A DNA stretch of 63,271 nucleotides, counting the filler, from Squatina squatina (lineage: Eukaryota): the NCBI GenBank assembly GCA_031763465.1. It is 4 parts of 4 records of this genome, joined end to end, with 100 filler letters (N's around TTAATTAATTAA, not from the genome) between each part and the next. Parts side by side here need not be neighbours in the genome. Positions count along the whole stretch, not along the records: positions 1 to 18,235 come from JARFOE010000219.1; 3 more parts are not named here. One strand, written 5' to 3'. The notes beneath the pieces are model-generated. The model did not search any database. It was not told the origin of the DNA and was given only the letters and a program-made list of their open reading frames with translations. The position numbers and the translations under genes were made by a program. Below are positions 1 through 12,996 of the stretch, piece after piece (position 1 is the first letter of the stretch; each line of letters opens with the position of its first letter).

Positions 1-224
1 ACCCATAACATTATCTATACAGCTAGCCCTTTGCAACACTCGCAAATAAAGGTCTTGTTTCTGAAAAACTCTTTCCTCTGGGGCTGCTGACAGCACATTC
101 TGTGATTCATGAGGAAGGTTGGCCACTTTCATTGTGATGAAGTCCCAATCAAATAAAGCAAATACTGATTGGCCCTTAAGAAAGGCCAGCCATCAATGAA
201 TTAACATAAGTTTAGTTGTATTTC

Positions 225-1350
225 CGGGTTCTCCAGTGGAGAATTGCAAATGTTACTCTGTTATTTCAGAAGGCAGGGAGGGAGAAACCAAGTAATGACA
301 GACCTGTCAGTTTAACATCAATTGCAAGGAAATTACTGTAACCTATCATTGGAGACCGAATGACTTGAGCACTTGGACAAGTATCAGCTGATTAAAGTGA
401 GTCAGCAGGGATTTATGGACATATCTGACTAATCTAGTTGTATTTTTTGATGAGGAGGTCCCTCGCATGGTTGATGGGGGAGTGTCTATGGATGTTGTCT
501 ACATGAACTTGCAGAAGGCATTTGATAAGGTTCTGCGCAAAAAATTATGAGCAAAAAAAGGTGAGCACCTGGAATCGGCGATAACCTTTTGACTTTGGTT
601 GGAAATTGGATAAAGGGTTTGTTTTCTGATTGGCTGGTGGTGACAAATGGTGTTCCCCATGAACAGTGCTGGAGCCCCAGTTTTTCACCATATATATTAC
701 AAAGGGACTCAGGTTGTGAGTGGGCAAAGCTTCAGTAGATGGAATTCAGTATGGGGAAGCGTGTGGTCATCCACTCAAATTCCAAGAAAGACAAATTTGA
801 ATATTTCCTTAATGTTGAGAAACTAGGAACTGTGAAGGAGCAAAGGGATTTAAGTGTCCAGGCTCACACATCACTAAGAGCAAGTGCACAGGTACAAAAA
901 GTAGTCAAAAAGGCTGATGGAATGTTTTTCTTTATCACACGGGGGCTAGAATGGAAGTTATTCTTCAGTTGTACAGCACCCGGTCTGAAGCACTGCTGCC
1001 CCTCTGGAAGGATGTATTGGCTTTGGAGGGGGTACAGCTCAGATTCACCAAAATGATAATAGGACTTAAAGGGCTCAATTATGAGGACAGGTTGCATACC
1101 TTAGCTTGTATTCCCTTGTATATAGAAGATTGAGGGGTGATCTAATCGGTGTTTAAAATGATAAAAGGATTCGATAGGGTAGATAGAGAATATTTCCTCA
1201 AATAAGGGAATTTAGAACAAAAGGGTGTAATAAAATTAGAGCTAGAGTGACATCTGAAAATGCTTCTTCACACTAAGGAGAGTGGAATTCTGGAAGTCTT
1301 CCACCAAAAGGGTCAATGGAAGCTTTCAGGACTGAGATTGATAAGATTCT
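225..1350 (+). mobile_element. Decayed CR1-clade LINE, RT region to 3' end
   Basis: Frameshifted translation gives CR1 ORF2 motifs (W-R-IANVT-LF, RPVSLTS, DVVYMNLQKAFDKV, SVLEP-FF-IYI, LEGVQLRFTKMI-GLKGLNYEDRL). Confidence 0.85.
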
Positions 1351-1568
1351 TGTCAGTTGATCTTTCTTGCCTTCCATCCTATCCTTTTTCTCCTTTTCTC
1401 CCCTCCCCAATTTCCCTGCCTAAAGGAAGCATCCACTGAGGTGACGGCAGCCAGCTGAAGGCTTTAGAAGGTCTTGTAAACCAGTAATGTTGAATGGCTT
1501 TGATGAAAAAAACATTAAGGTTCTGTTGGAAAATCCAAATGAGCCTCACTGCAATTTTTATCTTTTAG

Positions 1569-1627
1569 TTCCAAAATGTGACCTGAATACATCCCTAGTG
1601 ATTTTAGAAGAGTCTGAGTTGCATCAG
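1569..1627 (+). CDS. knl1: Probable internal exon of kinetochore scaffold 1
   Basis: Flanked by ttttag and gtatgg; open frame PKCDLNTSLVILEESELHQ ends in phase 0, compatible with the next exon. Sequence similarity is weak, so it is assigned by position. Confidence 0.55.
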
Positions 1628-2111
1628 GTATGGTCATTTTATTCTCTTGTTTGATTCATGATTTAAAATATAGTGATTTGAGGAGGGGATTCAATATATA
1701 GCTCTTGATCTATTGTGCCAACTCCTGTGTTCAGATGCATGTTAAAAACTATGCTTAAGCGGAAAGCTTCAAACTATATACTTATTTAACAATATCATGC
1801 TACTTTACATACTCAAGGGCATCTTGCAAGGCCCCATAATGTGTGCTGTGTACTTTGTAGCTTACTGTAGTTTAACAGACTATTGAACAACTGAAGTGTT
1901 GCAAAATGATCTACAGAATGGAGCCACATGTAATTTGGTTGCAAATGTGAAAAATTGAAATTTGGCACTTAAATGTGGAAGGAATGTAATGGATGTGTGC
2001 TAAGGGGTGGTGCACTTTAATATAATGACTGGATCTGGTATGTATTTATGTAGAATCTCTTGAAGTAAGTGTTGTGTACAAAGTGACATAAGAACAATTT
2101 TTCTTTTGCAG

Positions 2112-2210
2112 AAATTGATGGATGGCCAGATCACAGTTCGAGAATTTTTCAAACTCTTGAAAGTTCAAACGCGTGCTCAGAAATCTCGCCAGAGTGAGCT
2201 ACAAGTCAAT
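2112..2210 (+). CDS. knl1: Internal exon of kinetochore scaffold 1 (CASC5), C-terminal region
   Basis: 99-bp exon with ttttgcag/gtaaga sites, encoding KLMDGQITVREFFKLLKVQTRAQKSRQSELQVN, which resembles human KNL1 KLQDGRITIREFFILLQVHILIQKPRQSNLPGN. It lies upstream of rad51 as in human. Confidence 0.85.
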
Positions 2211-2639
2211 GTAAGAATGCAGCTACTCTTTCCATACAGTAGCAGACTGAATGTCCTCCTAAAGCTGTTTCACAATTAAAATGTCAATGAGATGCAATTT
2301 TTGTGTATTAAACCTTTTAAATGCATTTTCGTTTCATTTTGGCTTGGTGGCTGTCTTTTTTAAAAATCAATCACAATATACATTGAAGCAGCTGCAGTTA
2401 ATNNNNNNNNNNNNNNNNNNNNNNNNNNNNNNNNNNNNNNNNNNNNNNNNNNNNNNNNNNNNNNNNNNNNNNNNNNNNNNNNNNNNNNNNNNNNNNNNNN
2501 NNAGAGAGGAGACACAAATAGGGAAAATGACTGGATTGAGACAAAGGGCTTCAAGTCCTTTCAGTTAATTTTATCGAAAAGTTGGCCTGTGTACAAAATG
2601 GCAGAACACATCATCTTCTCCACTAAAATTATCATCTTG

Positions 2640-2830
2640 AGAATAAGGGAACAGAGAAAAAAAGAGCTGGAAATAGAAACAGAGAGAAACAAAACAGAGA
2701 GAGGACACAAAGAGAGAGAGACAAAGATAAATAGAGATACAGAAAGAGGAGACAAAGGAGATACAATTAGGAAGCAAACACAAAAAGGCAAAGAAGCAGA
2801 GAGAGATAGAGAGCAAGGGAAATACAGAGT
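2640..2830. repeat. GA-rich low-complexity tract
   Basis: Degenerate (GA)n/AGAC runs. Confidence 0.7.
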
Positions 2831-3769
2831 AAAAAATATTGGGACAACAGCATCACACTCCCCATGGTTTCCAGGGGCTATGATATGATTGTTAGTGGGA
2901 GAATAGTAATGATCGGAGTATGATTTTAATCCTGTCTTTTCGATCGGCTTGATGTTTGCCACTCAACACTCAGAAAACGTGTTGACAGATGAACCAGAGG
3001 AACAGCAGCTATTTCCTCAGATATGGCTTTAATGACTGTGACAAGCTGGAATCAAATTTTTGAAGGAACTGTTTATCTTTCTAGATTGAGCTGCTGCCTT
3101 TCAATAAAGCTTTTGGGACCTGACTTTACATTTCTGATGAATTTTCAGTGAATGCAGTGTTCACCAACTCAAGAGATAGTTAACAGATTTGACAACCTCC
3201 AACAATATTGGAGCCCGCCTATGGATCATGTAATTTGAAACTGACCTTGTGCAGGTGCTTGGTCTTCCTAAGCTATCAAAGCACTTCTAATTCTTTGTCA
3301 AATGCTGCAGCAAGCCCTACATTGAAGCATGGACTTCAGCCAATGTCAAATTTTAGCTACTTTGATGGGATGTGGTGCCCTGCAACACCAGGCATGATCT
3401 GCTTGGCATGAACCCAGATGGGCAGTTTGACTGGTAGATGGGATGGCAGCCCTAGGTCATAACTTCCAGCTTGAGACCATTCCAATTGGCCATGTCCTTC
3501 AGCCAGACCTTGCACATAATCAGGGCTCTATCCATTTCCTTTTTCCAACCCTTCAAACCAATCAACATCCACTATGCTGTAAGACTGTTCATTCCTCAAT
3601 TTGGCAAGAAGTACATTTTGATCATTTGCAGCAATGTGATTTGTCTTATTGCCTCCCCATTTTAGCTACTCACTTTTCTTCATTATGAAGAAGGGAACTA
3701 AATCATGCAATACCCAGGTAACTCAGGTTTATGCAACTTAAGGTGGCATGACCACCACAGCAATACAAT

Positions 3770-3828
3770 GGCCCTGAAATTGCGATCTCCCCGGGTGGGA
3801 ATGATGTTCCCATGCACCCAGGGAGACA
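3770..3828 (+). mobile_element. 5' end of the TIR element family also found at 9355, truncated by a gap
   Basis: GGCCCTGAAATTGCGATCTCCCCGGGTGGGAATGATGTTCC matches 9355 onward and is the reverse complement of that element's right end. Confidence 0.75.
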
Positions 3829-3928
3829 NNNNNNNNNNNNNNNNNNNNNNNNNNNNNNNNNNNNNNNNNNNNNNNNNNNNNNNNNNNNNNNNNNNNNNNN
3901 NNNNNNNNNNNNNNNNNNNNNNNNNNNN

Positions 3929-4270
3929 GAGGTGTATAAAATTGAGGAGCCCAGATAGAGTGAATAGGAAGGACCTATTTCCCTTAGAAGTCAATAACCA
4001 GGGGACATAGATTTAAAATAATTGAATTGGAGGGGAGTTGAAACCTTTTTCATCCAGAGGTTGGTGGGGGTCTAGAACTCACTGGCTGAAAGGGTGGTAA
4101 AGGCAGAAACCCTCAAAGCATTGAAAAAGTACTTGGATATGCCGTTGAAGTGCTGTAACCTACAAGGCTATGAATTGAGAGCTGAAAAGTGGGATCAGGC
4201 TTGATTTTCGGCCAGCATAGACACGATCGACCGAATGGCCTCATTCTCTCCTGTAAATTTCTATGATTCT
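3929..4270 (+). mobile_element. CR1 LINE 3' end
   Basis: DRVNRKDLFPL motif and a TTTCTATGATTCT tail resembling the CR1 ATTCTRTG terminal repeat. Confidence 0.8.
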
Positions 4271-4718
4271 GCGTTGCTAATATCATAATATCTGGTTTGT
4301 GACCTTCCTGTGAGGACTTGCAAGAAGTAATTATTTTAGCAATTTTATAATCTCCACATTCTCATTTTTAATTTCCAGTGAGCCTCTTAGGGTTTTGATT
4401 CTTCCCTGACTACCCTATTTCATGTCATAAGGTGCAGTGAAATTACTAATGAAGTCCAAAGTGCATTATTTGTTTTGGGTAGGTCTGGTAGTGGTATATC
4501 TACATTAATAACTCATATTTTATTTGAGATTGCTTTTAATACTCCCACTTTTTTTTGTAACTATCTGTTTTGTGTTTAAAGAAAACTAAATGTGGTACAG
4601 GGCATGGTTTGTGGAAACAATTTGATTGGACAGAGCTGCTGAAATGTTGGTGCTGTCTCCATAATCCTTTCAGTTATAATTTTATTTAATTTTCAGTTTC
4701 TGTATTTGAAGTTCCAAA

Positions 4719-4773
4719 ATGGCAATGCAAGCACGAACTGAGGAGAATGCTACTNNNNNNNNNNCGTTTGGAG
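4719..4773 (+). CDS. rad51: RAD51 first coding exon (interrupted by a 10-N gap)
   Basis: ATG at 4719; MAMQARTEENAT-[N10]-RLE followed by gtaagt. Matches vertebrate RAD51 MAMQ...RLE. Acceptor tttcag at 4691-4696. Confidence 0.9.
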
Positions 4774-5564
4774 GTAAGTTTCTTTGTAATAATCTGGAGA
4801 TTGTTAGAAGGAACTTGAATTTGACCCTATTTTTTTTCTATCCCATGTATATCAGTTGCATTTCCCTTGTAGTTCTCTAATTGGTTAGCTCTATTTTAAT
4901 CGTGGATCTACTCCAATTCTTCAGTCAGTATTCTCATTAAGACTTTAGTAAAGTGTAATGGGTATGTGAAATATTCTTGCTGTATCCACTTAATGTGACA
5001 AAGCATTCAGCAGTTCAATTTGATCCTACGCTTTACCGTTCCAAGTTTTGGAGAGAGCATCTTNNNNNNNNNNNNNNNNNNNNNNNNNNNNNNNNNNNNN
5101 NNNNNNNNNNNNNNNNNNNNNNNNNNNNNNNNNNNNNNNNNNNNNNNNNNNNNNNNNNNNNNNTCTCTCCTATTTACACTCTTAACCTCAAACAGTCTGC
5201 TCCTCATTCCCCATACTGTTCCCTCTACCAATTGCAGTCACCATGCTCCCTTTCAAAGTTTCTTTGCCTTATCTCCTCTTTCCCTACTTTTAAAAACCCA
5301 TTTTTAAAAGCAGGGAAGGAGGAGATAAAGATTTTTCTCAGTTGTATTTTTGCCCTGCTCTTAGTTCCATTTTACCTATTCTTCTTCCTGTTGGTGCCCA
5401 TTTTATTCTCTGATTCCTAAAGCACTACAGGATGTAGTAGAGCTGTATAACTGCAAGTTGTTGCTGTTGTGTAAATTGTAATTCAGCTTTGACTTGTAGC
5501 GAATGGATTTTAAAGAGAGATTGTTATCGCTATAAAATTGAACTGTCTTTGCTTCTATTCTCAG

Positions 5565-5702
5565 CAATGTGGGATCAGTGCTAATGATGTGAAAAAGCTG
5601 GAAGAGGCAGGTTTCCATACAGTGGAGGCAGTGGCCTATGCCCCAAAGAAAGAACTACTAAATATCAAGGGCATCAGTGAAGCGAAAGCGGAGAAGATAC
5701 TG
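5565..5702 (+). CDS. rad51: RAD51 exon (N-terminal HhH domain)
   Basis: 138 bp with AG/GT ends; [46 protein letters not shown]. Confidence 0.97.
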
Positions 5703-8199
5703 GTAAGAGTGGAACTAAACCCTGTATCCATTTCAAAATGTGTTTTTTTTTTAAAAGTAAGACCTGAAAGCACTTGCTAACCAGCTGTTCTCCCTGAATA
5801 CTGTAATAACTAATGCGTAGCTAAAAAGTAAAGGAAGTTCTGGATTTTATATGCCAGCTTTTTGTGACGTTTTCAGCTCCCACACTAATACTGAAACAAA
5901 CTTAAGTTGGGCATAGCCTAATATCAATATTAAACCTACACAACTAAGACAATCACCTTTAAATTTTTGTACTCCTAAAGTCTCCCTTTTTTGTCAATGT
6001 GCACTCCTTTTGCACTGTTTATTTTTAAAAATTATATTTAAATGTTTTTCTAAGATTTGCTTCCAGAAAAAAACAAAGCATGGTTATTGAGTACAGATGA
6101 TTTACTGCAAAATATGAACCACAAAAGTGTAAATATGGTCTGAATCACCTTGACGTAAAGTCATGTGAGTATGCTTTAATGTATTGACCTGGATTTTGTT
6201 GTCAGCGACAAAGGAATGGCGCTCACTGCTGACTTCTGAGAAAGCTGCCCACAAAGATTCAGTGGGCTCTGTGGTGTCGATTTCCACCATTATGTCATCA
6301 ATTTCATTCTTGCGCCATCTATAGGGGATCTCTGGCATCCAGGAACCGTGAAGTCATCAAGCAGGCTGAGCAACCAGTCAGATTTGAAGAATTCTCAGAC
6401 AGCAAACCAGGAACTAAAAAGCACTGATTATCATGACTTTTTAATAACTTTACAGAGAGCGAAATAGAGATTGGGACATACACATACACAGAAGCTGAAA
6501 AGTCATAAACTTTTTTTTTTTTTAAAAGCACGTTTTTTTTTTATCATGGAATGGAGGCAGTGAGATTCCAGAATTGTTAATTTTGTTTTTCAAGGCCATG
6601 GATGTTGTTCAGTAATTATGACTTCGTACACCATTAAAAACGCAGTTACANNNNNNNNNNNNNNNNNNNNNNNNNNNNNNNNNNNNNNNNNNNNNNNNNN
6701 NNNNNNNNNNNNNNNNNNNNNNNNNNNNNNNNNNNNNNNNNNNNNNNNNNTCGAGTGGAATAATATAATTGCTGCAAAAATCCTCATTTATCGCTACATT
6801 AACATTTTCTTTCAATATCTTGGATCATAAGGAAAATCAAGGATGAGAAAAGACACCTCGCCCAAAGTTTATCCCTCTCGTATCCTAACTATCTCAGCTT
6901 TGCATTTTGAACACCCCTGATGTCTTTGTCTCGACTATTTTGGCTGGCAGATAAATCCAAAAACAACTGTCACCCTTTAGGTAAAGAAGTTATTCCCAAC
7001 ATCAGTCCTGAACAGGACTTTTAGCACCTTGTACCTATGCCCATTTTTCCTGAGGTCATGATTTAACGTTAAAATATTTCTCTGTATTTATTGTTTCTAT
7101 TCTGTTTAGTTGCTTTTGACCTTCTCCAAGGATCCCGTCTTATTTGACTCCATTCAACACCTGAATTTTTCTAATGTTTCCTCATAACTCATCATAAGAA
7201 CTTAAAAACAGTCAAGTCTCTGCAAGCCTTTATTTAAATTGCTGTTAGGCTCCTTATCATACTCAGCAAATACTCTTGCGTGCCTCACATGTGTTAATGT
7301 TCACAGTGCCGGATTACACGGTTTTAGAATACTTGTTGGACTATATTTTTCAGCTCTATCTTGTATTCTTAAACTCCTCTAAGTTGGTGCTGACTGTGCA
7401 GCTGCTCACCTTCGTCCTGACTGCCATTTTTCCAGAAAGCTTCTCCCCATTCCTTTGCCTGCCACAAAAATGACAATACAAAGCAAGTAATATTTCTGTA
7501 ACGAACAATACCAGGGTGTGCGGTGTAGAATAAACACATGTGCTATCTTGCAGTAATTATAATGACTAAGCTAATCATGTATTTTCCTTGATCCCTTACT
7601 TTCCAGCGATTATCTTATTTATAGTTGAGGTGAAGAAACCGCTTTGTTTCTTCTGCAGCAATCATACTTAAATGACAAGTTGCTCAATTTTAGTGTTTTA
7701 AACTTAAAGGCAGTTACTGGGGCAGCATTTTTGTCTTTGTATCACAGTCTCAGGCTTCAACTTGTGTGGTAAACTCGATTCTCGAGCTGGATACAAATCC
7801 TCATCTCAGCCAGGCCATCACACACAAAGGACAGAAGGTGTGGTGAAACTCAGAGCAGGGTATAGCATAGCGCCTGTGTCTCTAGACAAAGGAAGTATCA
7901 AAGACTAGTCAGCTAATCACCTCCTGGGGACTGGCATCGGAGCAAACCATACATATCACCAAGGTACCTAACTAGCTTAAAAGTAAGGAAAAATATTAAG
8001 TAATGAATTTAAATTAAAATGTAACCTTTTGTCTGTTATATTTTGAATTCACTTTAGGTCTGCATTTTGCAAGTGGCACCATTCAAAATGGTGGGGGTTC
8101 TTACCCATCTTCTTCAGCAAAGGTGAAATCACTCTTATAATCTTCAACACTATTGTCTTGACATCACTAAAGCTTTTCACAGAGCCTGGGACCACACGC

Positions 8200-9350
8200 T
8201 TCTAAATGGGTCGCCATGAAATGAGGGAGGGCTCAGGTGGAAAATGTAGCATAACTAATAGTTCAAAAACAATTGAAAGGGAAGAGAATAGAGTAACAGT
8301 CAGAAATTATGCTTTAGGCACTACTGGTAAAGGGAAAACTAAAAGATGTAAAGTTATTAAACCAGGAGGGAGAAATAAGAAACATGTGAGTAAAACATTA
8401 GAGGACAGGCTAGGGTGTGTGGCCCAAATAAGTGTTCTTTATACAAATGCACGAAGGATAAGCAATAAATTGAATGAACTGCAGGTGCAAATTCAAACTG
8501 GCGGGTATGACAACAGCCATTGCTGAGCCATTGCAAGAAGGTTAGGGCTGGGAACAAAATATACCAAGTTATAACGTCTACAGGAAAGATAGGGAAAATG
8601 GTAGTGAGGGCAGTAACCTTAGAAATTAGACAAGCATGTAGTAAAGGCAGAGTGCTTTTAATGGGGGATTTTAACTTACACATGGATTGAGATAAGCAGA
8701 CGAGCACATGTCAGAAGAGTAGTGAATTTCTTGTGTGTGTCCGGGATACTTCCCTGCAACAATATGTCTTAGAACTAACAAGGGAGCAGGCCATATTATA
8801 TTTAGCAATGAGTCATGAGCCAGATTTAGTTAACAGCCCTGACAGTGCGTGAGCGTTTATCTAATAACGACCATAACATGGTCAAGTTTAAAGTTTAGTT
8901 TGAAAGGGAGAAACGCGAAACATCTACGAAGATTCTAGATTTAGGTAAGGCCGACTTCAATGTGATGAGACAGAGACTGCCCACAGTCAACTGGGCAAAT
9001 TGATTAATAGGTTAAAATACAGAAGATTAGTGGGAGGTGTTCAAAAAAGAATTTAAAGTGATACAGAACCAGGTTATACCCCTAAGGGGCAAGAGCTCTA
9101 CTTGCCAGAAAAAAACCCCAGCCATGGACGACTAAAGAGGTAAGAGACAACACAAAACTAAAAGAAAAAGTATATAAATATGAAAAAATAACATGGATCC
9201 TGGCGGATGGGAAAGATAGACAAAAACAACAAAGGGTCATAAAACAGNNNNNNNNNNGATATCAAAATCAACACAATTTCTTTTACAACTATATAAGGAA
9301 AAAGAGGGTGGTCAGGAGCAATGTGGGCCCCTTGAAACTGATCATGGTGA
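8200..9350 (+). mobile_element. Decayed CR1 LINE, endonuclease and linker region, interrupted by a TIR element
   Basis: YTNARRISNKLNEL, VLLMGDFN and DHNMV motifs; ends at LKTDHGDI and resumes at 10207. Confidence 0.85.
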
Positions 9351-9354
9351 TATT

Positions 9355-10204
9355 GGGTCTGAAATAGCGATCTCCCTGGGTGGGAACGATGTTCCACGCA
9401 CCCGGGGACACATCGCAAATGCCGGTTCGGGGGTTGCAATGTGCAAGTCCGCAGGACCGGCATTTGCGATCTGTCAAGATTTTACTTAGCCAGGAAAACA
9501 GATTTCCAATGCAGAGCTTTGTGAGATTTCTTTCAAAACTTGTGCTGGAAATCTGTTAAAGTTTTTTACACATGGTAAAACCTAGTGTATATGCTTGGTT
9601 TTACCAGCATAAGAGTCGTTAAAAAAATTTAAATCAAAAATTTAATGGTACCTACTTTAAAACCATTCCCAGTAAGGTAAATATGTTTTTAAACATTTTA
9701 AAAGATTTTTTTTTTAATTTCAAAAAAAATTTTTTGTCTTATTTATATCCTTTNNNNNNNNNNGTAAAACCTAGCTTGGTTTTACCAGCGTAAGAGTTGT
9801 TAAAAAATTTTAAATAAAAAAAATTAACGGCACATTACTTTAAAACCATTCCCAGTAAGGTAAGTACATTTTTTTTAATTGTCTTATTTGTCTCCTTTTT
9901 ATTAAATTTTAATGTTAGAATAGTTTTAAAAATGTTTTGAGATGTGTTTCTGTTGTTTTTCATCTTTCATTCAAGTTTTGACAGATCTATGAGAAAAGCT
10001 TGAATGAAAGATACTCCTACCTGATTGGCAGCCTTTACACTGGACTTCCCCAGGAATCTAAAGAGCTCCGCTCCGAATCCCCAACTTGGGGGGGGCTGAA
10101 ACTTGCAAGCTCGTGTGGATCGAGGTCTGTCAGGTAAGTACGTAAATATTTTTGCCATCGGAGGCCTCCGCACACAGGAAGCCTCCGATCGCAATTTCAG
10201 GGCC
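9355..10204. mobile_element. Non-autonomous TIR DNA transposon (MITE-like, possibly PIF/Harbinger)
   Basis: Ends GGGTCTGAAATAGCGATC and GATCGCAATTTCAGGGCC are imperfect inverted repeats; internal hairpins; AT-rich core; splits a CR1. Confidence 0.8.
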
Positions 10205-10206
10205 AA

Positions 10207-10395
10207 TAATAATAAGAAAATGGAGGACATGTTGAATAATTACTTTACATTGTTATTTACAGTGGAGGAAAAAGCAGTAGAGACATGCCGAAAATCCCAG
10301 GGAAACTTGGTGAGGAAAGTAGGTGAGAGCATTGCTGATGCTCTGACTATAATCTTCCAAAGTTCTTTCCATTCAGAAACCGTTCCTTTAAATTG
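10207..10395 (+). mobile_element. Continuation of the interrupted CR1
   Basis: NKKMEDMLNNYFTLLFTVEE and IADALTIIFQSS motifs. Confidence 0.8.
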
Positions 10396-10495
10396 NNNNN
10401 NNNNNNNNNNNNNNNNNNNNNNNNNNNNNNNNNNNNNNNNNNNNNNNNNNNNNNNNNNNNNNNNNNNNNNNNNNNNNNNNNNNNNNNNNNNNNNN

Positions 10496-10870
10496 GAGGT
10501 TGGAAGCTCAACTTGGGGCCAAACAAGACACCAATGTTGCAAACAGTCTGGTTCAGCCGAAGAGCAAGGATGGGGTTGGAGTTGGCGGCAAGGGCCCAGA
10601 GTTTGTGGCAGGGGCTGAATATAATGGCTTTGGTCTTGCCAGGCTGCAGCTGGATGAAGCCAATGATCACTCAAGACTGGATGTTGGGCAAGCAGTCTGA
10701 TGCTATAGGGGTAGTGGAGAGATAAAGCTGATTGTCATTTGCGTACATGTGGAAGTAGACCTCATGTTTGTGGATGATGCTGCCAAGGGGTAACATGGAT
10801 AAGGAAAATGCGGAGACCAGGGATGGATCCTTGAGGGGTGACGGTGTATAGGTGGGAGGAGAGGCCATTG
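10496..10870 (-). mobile_element. L2-clade LINE RT fragment
   Basis: LPLGSIIHKH-VYFHMYANDNQLY (degenerate YADDTQLY) and LRLNQTVCNIGVLF. Confidence 0.8.
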
Positions 10871-11145
10871 CTGGAAAAAGCTAACTATTTAGGCTTACAT
10901 ATGAAGAATGGCAACTTGCGTGACTTACTCTTGCATGACTGACATTTATGGATTTATAACCTAATGTGAGCCAGTGCCTTCAGTAGAAGAGATAGTAAAG
11001 GCAGCTGCATTTCCCATGAATGGCTTGTAGTTCTGACGCTGCCAGGTTTTATTCCTAGAGCCCTGTCATAATCCATAGGAATGTGTGACATGTAGAAAAT
11101 AAGTGGTTTGAAATTGGATCCCAGTCTTGCTTTAACCAGAAATGA

Positions 11146-11352
<207 letters not shown>

Positions 11353-11896
11353 TAAATCACTGTTTCTCAATTATTCTGCCGATCAAAGGTGCCACCTATT
11401 TCTCCCACCTCCGCCAAGTGTTGCATTTGATTTTAAAGTTTTCAGGTGGTGGACAGTTGATCAANNNNNNNNNNNNNNNNNNNNNNNNNNNNNNNNNNNN
11501 NNNNNNNNNNNNNNNNNACTGCTCTCTGGGGAAGTGTTTCTACTCCACTTGACATTTTCCAAAGACCTACTCATAATGGCATCTCTCCTTTTGTGGAGAA
11601 ATCTGCCAGTACCCTCGTGGGAAATCCAGAGGTCTTGTTTTGTAACATTGCCAGCCAAATAGTTGCAGAGAAATGCATAAGTGCCTCTGTCATTCCAGAT
11701 CAAGTTTGGGCTCACTAGTATCTCATGGCAGTGACACCTGTTCAATGTGAAACACCACTGCTGTGGAGCGAACCCCCTTCGGTATTTGCCAGTTAAAGGC
11801 AGTTGGAAGGAGACGGAAGCCGTTAATGTTAAAAGTGCAACTCTTTTTCTGCTTTGTTGAAAGCTGATTAATTTTTCCCCTTTTATTGACATGCAG

Positions 11897-11991
11897 TTAC
11901 CTATTGACCGTGGTGGTGGTGAAGGAAAAGCTATGTACATTGATACTGAAGGTACATTCCGCCCAGAACGCCTTCTCGCTGTTGCTGAAAG
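11897..11991 (+). CDS. rad51: RAD51 exon
   Basis: 95 bp with AG/GT ends; [32 protein letters not shown]. Confidence 0.97.
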
Positions 11992-12371
11992 GTTTGTATT
12001 GCAGTTGTAATTGTTGGATGAGCATTCAGAGTTAATAGTCTACCATTATGCTTGGTTCACTCCCATATTCCTTGTTAAATTAGTCAGTACCAGAGCAGTG
12101 CATAAGAAATATTTCAGGACTGTTTGACCTAATTACTTGTGCCTTGGACTAATGAGGCACACCAGAACTAATGAAAAGAGATGCATTATCTCAATATGCC
12201 AGGNNNNNNNNNNNNNNNNNNNNNNNNNNNNNNNNNNNNNNNNNNNNNNNNNNNNNNNNNNNNNNNNNNNNNNNNNNNNNNNNNNNNNNNNNNNNNNNNN
12301 NNNAAGATTAGTTGTGGGGACAGCTGCCAGATAATTGCACATTGCCTACCTTTTCTTTATTTCTTTTTCAG

Positions 12372-12495
12372 GTTACACTTGAGGAAAGGCCGAGGTGAAA
12401 CACGAATCTGTAAGATTTACGACTCTCCCTGCTTGCCTGAAGCAGAGGCTATGTTTGCTATCAATCCTGATGGGGTTGGGGATGCTAAAGACTAA
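12372..12495 (+). CDS. rad51: RAD51 last coding exon
   Basis: Acceptor ttttcag; (R)[40 protein letters not shown] followed by TAA. Confidence 0.97.
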
Positions 12496-12644
12496 ATGTG
12501 AATGACCCTTCCTAGTCTTGTGCTAGAAGCTAGTGACAGCAAGCAAACATCCCCAGGACAATCAGTAATACTGTGTGCAGACTTCACACTAACCTGCTGA
12601 GTGTTGTAAGCGCTTGGAACTTTTAACGGCTTTCAGCTTCAGGG

Positions 12645-12650
12645 AATAAA
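12645..12650 (+). promoter_or_regulatory. Candidate rad51 polyadenylation signal
   Basis: AATAAA about 150 nt after the stop codon; ATTAAA alternative at 12691. Confidence 0.4.
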
Positions 12651-12996
12651 GCCGCACTTAATTGCTATCTGATGTTTGGACAGATCTAATATTAAAATGG
12701 AGGCCATAGGGAGAATTGATTTATTCTGACTCCATGTTTATAGTGTTTGGATGAGGTGAAAGTGGGCAGAGAAAACTAGTTGAACAGAGATTCATTAAGT
12801 GTTTGTGTTAAATTATTTCCAGATTGACTAGCTGCAGTTTCAGTGGCAATAACTTGAGGCTCTGCTGTGATGGATCACCACTGGAAGCCATTGATAGCAA
12901 ACTGGAAAACTTGTTGAGCACACAAAGAATGATAACTGGCACTGCATGCAAGGCTATTTGTGGATTTCTGAGCTTTAGATGAGAAGTACCCTTTTA

